Below are positions 8,426 to 17,465 of a stretch of DNA of 25,722 nt, piece after piece. Location of the stretch: the NCBI GenBank assembly GCA_002269645.1, contig NIVC01002551.1:1-25722 (forward strand), given 5' to 3'. The notes beneath the pieces are model-generated. The model made no database searches. It was given only the letters and a program-made list of their open reading frames with translations, and was not told where the DNA came from. The position numbers and the translations under genes were made by a program. Each line of letters begins with the position of its first letter. Position 1 is the stretch's first letter. The stretch comes from Macrostomum lignano. Lineage: Eukaryota.

Positions 8426-11400
8426 TCAAATTCGATTGATTCTCTTTGTTTGTTGCTCCGTCGAGTCCCTGATGACGGCCTTGGACGTCGCAGGTCTGGT
8501 TGCGGAGAACACCGCTGTGTACACTGTGTGGCTGGAGGAAAGAGGACGGGCGGCAATGTGACTTGCATGAGCTTACACTGGTTTACGGATACCATGTGCC
8601 CACTCAGCTGAATCCAAATCACATACAGGATGTGTATCTGTGCGCTCACTTCAGGCCTTGGGAGCTGACGGTCGTGAGCGTGGATCGCACAAGTCACAGG
8701 CCCATTCTCATACTACGTTATCCATAGAATTTAGCACAGCAAATGCTTTTCACGGTAACTGAAGTACTGTCTACACTGGTTGAGTCGCAAAAAAAATGAG
8801 TTTAATGAAATTCTCACTTGTTGTTTACCGGTGGCACGGACAGCACATTAAAGAGTCCCTCAAGGCTCAACCTGGCCTGACCCAGGCTATTCATGGCCTT
8901 GATTGCCGGGTCGCTGCAATGACAACGAAGTTCAACGCTGACGCATATGGTTGTGTTGGAAGCATCAGTACACTTTCAGAAAGCCATCTTACCGTCTGTC
9001 ATCACCTGGCGGTGGCGGCATCCATGGGTCATAGTTGGTTTCAACAATGAACCACCTGTGCAATCAGGAGGGATTTTTACTTCATTAGCCTTTTCGATTG
9101 CTGAGATTTCGAGTTCATGTGCAGTGTGCGAACTACTCACTTGCCAGACTTCTGGTCCAGCTGGTTTGTGCCAAGCGTTTTGTACTGCGTGCGCACCAGC
9201 ACGATGCCCTGGTCGGTCTGGTTGCCAGAGATGATGTAATACACCGGGGCGATCAGCTGAGCGGATGACAGGCGGCTCACCACACTGGCAAAGTCCGTGT
9301 CCTGCTCGAAGGCCTGGGAAAAATAAAGTGAAAAGTAAATGCATGTTAAAGTACATGGCATTCGAGACCGTCCTTCTCTACATCGCTGAGGCGTGGACTC
9401 CGACGAGGCACCTTCAAACTTGGCGAACTCCATCCACATGGAGTTTTACTGCCCACAACCAGATGCTGATGATGATGACGTACGCAGTTTGCACTGCCAG
9501 CAAGGGGAAGCGCAGTCAAACTGCTTTAAGCAAAAAATTTATGCAGTGCCATTTGCTGCATCAGGCGCTGTTTACCTGCAGCAGAAAATTGCTCCCTTGA
9601 AAACCCTGTCTCAAAAGCTGCGAGAAAACGAGATAGAAAGACAGTTATTTTGGATGGATGGAAGCACAATGTCCCGCCATGTGCTCCAGGCAGACGATGC
9701 ATCTGCAATCTGCATAAACAAAAGCGGAGACCTGCACTGCCGCATCAGATGGCTGAGAGACAATAAGCCAGCATCGGGCTGCCTAGCAGGGCTCGAGTTA
9801 CGGCCTGGTGAATTCCATTACTACCGGCGCATCCGGCTCTCGACAGCAACGATTAGGCTTTCAATAAGCTATCCATCGTCACAATCAGTAGAACTGCGAA
9901 CGTGGCTTGCAATTGCTTTATGCAGAGCATTGTGTGAGTATCCTTCCGCAACGGCTTGGGCAACCTTCCAAAGTCAGTGACTGTATGCGCATACACCTTT
10001 TCCCGTTCAATTTCAACAAATATGCAATACAATTCAGACAACTCGAAATTCATTTTCGATAATCTTTTTTTATACTTTCAATTGGACTTTCAAATTAGAC
10101 AAAGCAAACCTCGATTTAGACACCAGACATTCATTTTAGACAGCGGATATTCCATTTTTAAACAGTTTCTCAGTCAGAGCAATTTGTCTATGGTAAAAAT
10201 TTAAGTCCTAAGGCAAAGCTCACATTCAATTTCGACAACTGTAATGCAATTTAGACACACTCATCTTAAGTACAGGGATGCCCACCTGTACTGGCGGCGA
10301 ACTTTGCGTCCAAAGTTAAAGCTAAAGTGAAGTGAAAGTGAAGCTTTGCGTCCACACCAAGCTGATCGCAATCGACCACTTGTGGGACCAGGCGATTAGA
10401 AACATTTATACGCCACATCCGGGTCACTCTAGGATCGGATTTACTTTAGGCTCGATTCTCTAGAATTCCTTTACTCCATGGAAGCGCGAGGAAGCACCTG
10501 GATGAGATGCCTCGGTGTTTCTAGTCGAACGTGTTCGCCAAGTTTGCACTCTGCATCTGCAAAGGCAATAATCGCAAAACAGTACCTTATTGAAGTCAAT
10601 TTGGAGATCCGATAGGTCGTCACGTCAGGCTGATGATGAAAAAGAAATCTGTTGGATTTTTGTACCTCGAAACAGCTTAGAAAGCAGCTTATTCAGGTGT
10701 AGTAGTATAGTAGTAGCGACGCGCAGAGGCCTCAAAGACACTAGCGCACAAGCGCTCGCAAAAAACCTAGGAGGGAAAGCGCATGGCCTCGCTGGAAGTC
10801 AGGTACAGGACGCGCAGATCGTCAATAAAAGTGCCAAGGAGGGTCACGCTGCCGGCTCGTCCTCGGCAAATCCCTCCTGAGCTGGGTCGGCAACAGCGGC
10901 TGCCAGCGGGTTGTCTTCTCCCCGTCTGTGCCTCCAGGTGTAGTTGTGAAGAACTTCCTGACGGAATCGTTGATCTAGAACCTGCTTTGGTGGCCTCCGT
11001 CAGGAACTATTTCGACGTCTTCCAAATGGAACTATTTTGACCGTTCATTTGCTTTTTTATATACTAGTCTGCGCAATGAGTTGCTTTGGAATGACGACCT
11101 GCATCAAGCCAATGCGACATACGAAAATCAGCGGGGCTTACCAAGCGGGTCATCATTGTCACAGGGTAGAGCTTGCCTCCGTTCAGCAGTTCCTGCAGAG
11201 CCGACACGATGTTGTTGATGAAGTTTCCTTTGTCTGCAAAGACGCAGTGTGTGTGTTGAGACTACCCGAAAAAGCTTAGAACTACATGCCTGAGAATGTT
11301 ACAGTGGCAGCTTAGAACACTAGTGCATGGCAGCTTGAACTGCCAAGTCACCAAGTCACCAAGTCACTAAGATTGAAGATTTACAGTCAAACTCAAAAGA

Positions 11401-13321
11401 GAAAACTTAGAATACAAAGATATTTTAGAACATGGCGAGTGAAATTATAGCGCTTTTAATGTGGATGAACTACTGCGAGTAGTGCTGTGAAAATGTGGAA
11501 AACAATTTAAAAAGTCATCACTACGCGCCTCTCTCGTTGACGGTAATGGCGAACTGGTGCGGCTTCCAGCCGGTGAGGATGCCCGCATAGCCCGCAAAGG
11601 AGACGGCGGAATAAAGCAGCTGAAATGGCGGGTATTTTCTGTACGCGATATTTATTTATGATATCGGGGTTCTTGCTTGAGCAACACCAGTGGTTACCTT
11701 GCCTCTTCTATAAAAGTCGACCCTGATGGTGACCTTCTCCAGCATGTCAGTCTGGGGCATCGTGTTGCCGTAGTCCAAATTTCTTCCGTGCCAGAGGCCG
11801 CCGTTCCGGTCGTTGGCGATGATGCCGGTGCAGAAGCTGCAGCAAAAAGGGCAGATTTGATTGCTGGAAGAACTTTCTGGCTGCGGTTGCCTGACGAGTT
11901 TGCTAGCTGGTTTCTAGGAAACTAAGACTGGGTTCAAGCAATGCGTGTACAGTTGGTTTTATACTGGTATTTAATGCTTATTTCGGGTTTGCGTGTCTCC
12001 AGGAGTGACAAACTGATCCAGCATCCATTTAGAAGAGGCAAAAGCCTACGCGGTGACATCGTAGATCAGATTGAGCAGCACGATGTCTCCGAGTGACGCA
12101 TTCACCGTCTTCGAAATGCCTAAAAAGTGCATTAGTTATTGGGATCATCTAATTTGGTTGAGGCAGGGTTGAACTGCTAAACAGGGTATTTTACATTGGT
12201 GCATTCGAAGGTTCCTCTCACCTACAACTCCGCTCCATAGTCGGCCGGCAGGTGGGTGTCCAAATCTGCAGCAATTACGTCTGCCAGGTACTTCAACTCC
12301 AGAGGTACTGATCTGAAAATTTTCTGTGTTATCTTCGTGGGCGAATACACATTATAATCCTATAAATGGGCGAATTTTGTTTTAAATGCGTTTCCATAGC
12401 ACCCAACACGACCATTCCTTTGCCCCAACCCCTAATGATCTGAAAACTGAGCCTCCAATGTACACTCACTATTCACTGAAACCTCTGCCCCGAATGTACA
12501 CTCACTATTCACTGAAACCTCTGCCCCGAATGTACACTCCTATTCACTGAAACCTCTGCCCCGAATGTACACTCACTATTCACTGAAACCTCTGCCCCGA
12601 ATGTACACTCACTATTCACTGAAACCTCTGCCCCGAATGTACACTCACTATTCACTGAAACCTCTGCCCCGAATGTACACTCACTATTTACTGAAACAAA
12701 CCTCTGCCCCGAATTTACACTCACTATTCACTGACTCTGCCCCGAATGTACACTCACTATTTACTGAAACATCTGGGCCTCGAATGTACACTCACTGCTT
12801 ACTGAAGCTTCTGCCCCAATGCACACTCACAATTTACGGAAACCCTTGCCCCAATGCACTCTCACTATTTACTGAAACCCTTGCCCCAATGTACACTTTC
12901 TATTTGCTGAAACCTCTGCCCCCGATGTATAGTGAGGCCAACCCTATCCTCCGGCCGTCCCGTACATTGAGGACAGAACTCTATCTCACTTCACTGACGG
13001 TATTAAGAAACCGTTTCATCCCTCTCTACTAGAGTTTTTGTATTGCAGAACTCCACAACGGCAATGGTGTAGTAACTCACCCCAGAAACGCTTTGATCAA
13101 CTGCTGCGTGTCGGCTTTGAAGTCGGCCACCACCGCGGCCCACCTGGTGGCTGGGTCCTGGTCCAGGTCGACCCGGTAGAGCGGAGGGGCCCGGCCAGCG
13201 CCGCGGGGGACCGGCTGAGCCTGGCCAATGAGGGCCAGCGGGACAGCGAGCCCGGAGGTCCCAGCAGCCACCAGCGCCAGCAGAACCGCCGCCCCAGTTA
13301 CGGCGCGCCAGTTGTCCACAT
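8426..13321 (-). CDS. NAAA: N-acylethanolamine acid amidase / acid ceramidase family Ntn-hydrolase, 10 exons, ~387 aa after correcting two 1-nt deletions
   Basis: Exons 13321-13081, 12312-12222, 12119-12050, 11836-11698, 11619-11529, 11233-11142, 9313-9141, 9055-8993, 8913-8818, 8531-8426. Motifs: signal peptide, PLYRVDLDQDPATRW, LGDIVLLNLIYD, autocleavage nucleophile FCTGII (Cys at 11830-11832), HGRNLDY, FAGYAGILTG, NERDKG, LIAPVYYIISG, WFIVETNYD, DDRR, VNNNHTVYT. NERDKG and the overall layout resemble NAAA more than ASAH1. One base is missing in each of exons 1 and 2; intron 5 is GC-AG. Confidence 0.9.
12455..12930. repeat. 36-bp minisatellite (AATGTACACTCACTATTCACTGAAACCTCTGCCCCG) in NAAA intron 1
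   Basis: About 6 near-perfect copies that decay toward 12930; translates as MYTHYSLKPLPR repeats. Confidence 0.92.
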
Positions 13322-13775
13322 TTTTAGCTTCAAGCAACTCTGGAAATTCTGCTAAAGCAAAAGCAACTCAGCAAACTTGATCGCATAAGGTTACTTTAAG
13401 AGCTTTAGCTAACTAAATAAGGCAGATAAGCCGGGCCCCAGTTCAGTATCAAACAGAAGGACTTGCATTGCAGCGCTCAAAGCAGATCTATTTTTAGATG
13501 CTTCGCAAGCCTGCAAAAGTGCGGCTCAGTTATAACAAACTGCTAATTCGTTTTTTTGTATCTGCGGGCGAGAGTTGAAGGCGAGATACAAGAGCTGGCT
13601 AGGCTTAGAAACACAAGCCCGAGCCGCCGGTCTCCATGGTCGCGGAGCAGCTGCCCCTAGCCGCAGTGTGTGCAACGCAGGCTCGTACATTGGATAATTG
13701 GCTACACAAGACTCGAATAATAGGAGGCGCAGGGGTGAGAGACGGGCACAGCGAAGTGTGGAGGGCAGGTGAGCG

Positions 13776-13782
13776 TATAAAG
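13776..13782 (+). promoter_or_regulatory. TATA-like element upstream of the calmodulin-like gene
   Basis: TATAAAG ~85 nt before the ATG at 13864, inside the ~540-bp divergent NAAA/EF-hand spacer. Confidence 0.4.
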
Positions 13783-13863
13783 CTTAAGCTGCCACCTCAG
13801 ACAGCCCTGTCTGTTGCTGCTTTGTGTCTTCCTACTGAAATTGTTTAGAGTTATCAACCAGAG

Positions 13864-15808
13864 ATGGCAGCGGTGTCCGCGGTTCCTGAGCAGTACTACG
13901 CTGCTCTGCAAGAGGCCGGCGTGTCAGTTGAGGAGGCCAGCAAGCACTACTTGGTGTTCAAGATGTTCGACAAGGACAACTCAGACACCATGGATGCTGG
14001 AGAGTTATTTGCCTGCCTGCAGGTATGTTCAATTAATCTGCTCTTCTCGCCGTAATACTCGTAAAATCCGTTCCTGCCGGCGGGTTTGGCAGGGCTGGCC
14101 ATAGACTATCGCTGCCCAAGTTCAACACTCCGCTGTGCAGAGCCTGATCAGGAATCTGATGGCTCCTCATATTGTCAAGCGTTGCTGACCAATACTCGGC
14201 GGGAACTCTCTGAGAACTTGTCTCACCCATAGACTAAAACTTGATCTCTTCAGGGACGCCCTGCCCCAACGCCTCTCTCAGCAGACTTCCACCTCACCCC
14301 TGCCCCAACGCCTCCCTCAGCAGACTTCCACCTCACCCCCTGCCCCAACGCCTCTCTCAGCAGACTTCCACCTCACCCCTGCCCCAACGCCTCCCTCAGC
14401 AGACTTCCACCTCACCCCCTGCCCCAACGCCTCCCTCAGCAGACTTCCACCTCACCCCCTGCCCCAACGCCTCTCTCAGCAAACTTCCACCTCACCCCCT
14501 GCCCCAACGCCTCTCTCAGCAACTTCCACCTCACGCCCTCCCCCAACGCCTCCCTCAGCAGACTTCCCCTCACCCCCTGCCCCAACGCCTCTCTCAGCAA
14601 ACATCCACCTCACGCCCTCCCCCAACGCCTCCCTCAGCAGACTTCCCCTCACCCCGTGCCCCAACGCCTCCCTCAGCAGACTTCCACCTCACCCCCTGTC
14701 TCAACGCCTCCCTCAGCAGACTTCCACCTCACCCCCTGCCCCAACCCCCTCAGTAGACACCCACCTCACGCCCTCCCCTAACCCCTCGCTCAGCAGACAC
14801 CCACCTCACGCCCTGCCCCAAACAGAGCTGCCAGCTCTAATGACCAGCTTAATGAGTTTAGAATCGTTAAAAAAATCACAACTTAGTCTGTCACTCAACC
14901 CCTTATGGGATAAAAGGGAAAATTATGAATCTTCACAGACATTGGATTGCATTGACTAGGTCGGTATCCCCAATCACAGGTGATGGGCCAGGCTCCAAAG
15001 TCGAAAGAGGAGGTCGAAAAACTGCTTAAATTGTACGACAAGGACGCCAGCGGTTCCATGAACTTTGTGGAATTTTCCCAGTTGATGGGTCAGGTGTGCA
15101 AGCCGCCTCAGGCTGTCCGCGACGATTTGATGGCGAGCTTCCAGAAGCTGGATAAAGACAACAGCGGCTACATCGAGCGAGACGAACTGCACGATGCGAT
15201 CTTCGGCTCGGGGAATTCCGCCCTCACCGAGAAGGAGTTCGACAAGCTCATGCGAGAGGCGGATGCCAACGGGGATGGCAAGATCGACTACTCCGGTGAG
15301 GGCTGGGTGCAGGGTTGGGTGCAGGGTTGGGTGTAGGGTTGGGTGCAGGGTTGGGTGTAGGGTTGGGTGTAGGTTTTGGCGCAGGTTTGGGTGCAGGGTT
15401 GGGTGCAGGATCAGGGTTACCCCTTTACCCATCCAAACCTGCACTAAGTTGCCATGAGCAGACAACAGCTGTCAGTTACATGTACTTCGCACCAGTTATC
15501 AATCTTACATCTGAAAGATTTAACAGCTAACCAAACAAGCTGAGCTCCGAATTTCCTTCCCGGCCGCAACTCAAACCAAACTTCTCCGATCCGCAGAGTT
15601 TCTGAGCACTCTGATGACGGACATCACGAAGATGATTGAGACTAAAAAGCAGAAAGTCCACGACAAAGGCTCCGGTGGCGGCGATGGGGACAAGAAGAAG
15701 GGGGGCCACGGCCACAAGCAGCGAAGCCACAGCCGTGGCAGCCGCGGCAGCAGATCGCGGAGCAGCAGCCGAGGCAGTCACAGATCCCGGCACTCGAAGT
15801 CGTCTTAA
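13864..15808 (+). CDS. Calmodulin-like 4-EF-hand protein with basic Arg/Ser/His/Gly-rich C-terminal tail, 3 exons, ~228 aa
   Basis: Exon 1 13864-14022 (donor GTATGT, phase 0), exon 2 14980-15295 (donor GTGAGG, phase 1), exon 3 15597-15808. EF loops DKDNSDTMDAGE, DKDASGSMNFVE, DKDNSGYIERDE, DANGDGKIDYSE; the last Glu is formed across the splice junction. Too divergent to be calmodulin itself. Confidence 0.9.
14258..14820. repeat. C-rich ~39-40-bp minisatellite (CCCCTGCCCCAACGCCTCCCTCAGCAGACTTCCACCTCAC) in EF-hand gene intron 1
   Basis: About 14 tandem copies; source of the Pro-rich 14241-14756 ORF. Confidence 0.92.
15298..15410. repeat. 12-bp G-rich repeat (GGGTGCAGGGTT), ~9 copies, starting at the splice donor
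   Basis: Begins within the GTGAGG donor of EF-hand gene intron 2. Confidence 0.9.
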
Positions 15809-15954
15809 CTGCTTCGATAATTAAAGACTGGTTTTCAGCCACCGCCCCTCACTTCTCAGTAAATATATATTGGGGGATTAATTATATACTTTTGGTAAAC
15901 TTCTGCTGATCGTTTTAATTGTTTTCACAAACGATGTCTCTCACTGTCCTCACC

Positions 15955-16942
15955 TCACCTCACCGATATAGACTATAGACTGTACACAGGGAATGTACAT
16001 TGGCATATCAGCTCTGACCTCACCGATATAGACTATAGACTGTACACAGGGAATGTACATTGGCATAGCAGCTCTGACCTCACCGATATAGACTATAGAC
16101 TGTACACAGGGAATGTACATTGGCATAGCAGCTCTGACCTCACCGATATAGACTATAGACTGTACACAGGGAATGTACATTGGCATATCAGCTCTGACCT
16201 CACCGATATAGACTATAGACTGTACACAGGGAATGTACATTGGCATATCAGCTCTCACCTCACCGATATAGACTATAGACTGTACACAGGGAATGTACAT
16301 TGGCATAGCAGCTCTGACCTCACCGATATAGACTATAGACTGTACACAGGGAATGTACATTGGCATATCAGCTCTCACCTCACCGATATAGACTATAGAC
16401 TGTACACAGGGAATGTACATTGGCATAGCAGCTCTGAACTCACCGATATAGACTATAGACTGTACACAGGGAATGTACATTGGCATATCAGCTCTGACCT
16501 CACCGATATAGACTATAGACTGTACACAGGGAATGTACATTGGCATATCAGCTCTCACCTCACCGATATAGACTATAGACTGTACACAGGGAATGTACAT
16601 AGGCATATCAGCTCTGAACTCACCGATATAGACTATAGACTGTACACAGGGAATGTACATTGGCATAGCAGCTCTGACCTCACCGATATAGACTATAGAC
16701 TGTACACAGGGAATGTACATTGGCATATCAGCTCTGAACTCACCGATATAGACTATAGACTGTACACAGGGAATGTACATTGGCATAGCAGCTCTGACCT
16801 CACCGATATAGACTATAGACTGTACACAGGGAATGTACATTGACATATCAGCTCTGAACTCACCGATATAGACTATAGACTGTACACAGGGAATGTACAT
16901 TGGCATGGCAGCTCTGACCTCACCGATATAGACTATAGACTG
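15955..16942. repeat. Highly homogeneous 60-bp tandem array, 16 full copies plus a partial
   Basis: Unit CACCGATATAGACTATAGACTGTACACAGGGAATGTACATTGGCATATCAGCTCTGACCT repeats exactly every 60 nt from 15961 to 16920. Confidence 0.97.
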
Positions 16943-17465
16943 AATCTACAGTGTACACAGGAAGTTTCCACGGAGATTTACCTGTTTCATATTTGAAGTT
17001 CTGAGGTATATGTCACCTTTAATGTACACGTCAGATGTTAATAGTATAAAATCTTTGCAGCACAAATTTGTATTTGAATCAAAAAACCAGTGAAAGCAGA
17101 CGCTGATTTCACACGAGATGTGTCAAGAGTTGATACTCAATTATCAACTTCTGAATACATAAATCAGGTGGTTTGAAAACAGACAAAATTGAAATTGGAA
17201 AGAAGAGAATACAGAAAAACTAATTTCATAATTATCCGGTGAACAATTTTTTTGCTATTAGTAAAGCTAGCAAAGCAACTGGAGAAAACAGGGTGACGAC
17301 GGCAGCTAAATACGAGTAAATACCGACAAGCAGCCCTGCTTCTAAGAGAAAACAGAGATGTAATAACCAAATAGAAATCTGAATAAGTGATGAAATTTGT
17401 GGCACTTTTTAATTTATAGCAATGAATCCAGGCAACCGAGCCAATCAGATATCATTTTGCACCTC

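Noticed and set aside
8465-10650. Hammerhead ribozyme cores (CTGATGA)
   Set aside because: The occurrences near 8469, 9466 and 10629 lack a correctly placed GAAA and flanking stems.
15298-15420. Interstitial telomeric repeat
   Set aside because: The unit is the 12-mer GGGTGCAGGGTT, not tandem TTAGGG.
15950-16906. 318-aa ORF (MPMYIPCVQSIVYIGEVRAA)n
   Set aside because: Translation of the 60-bp array; no unique flanks, splice context or recognisable domain.
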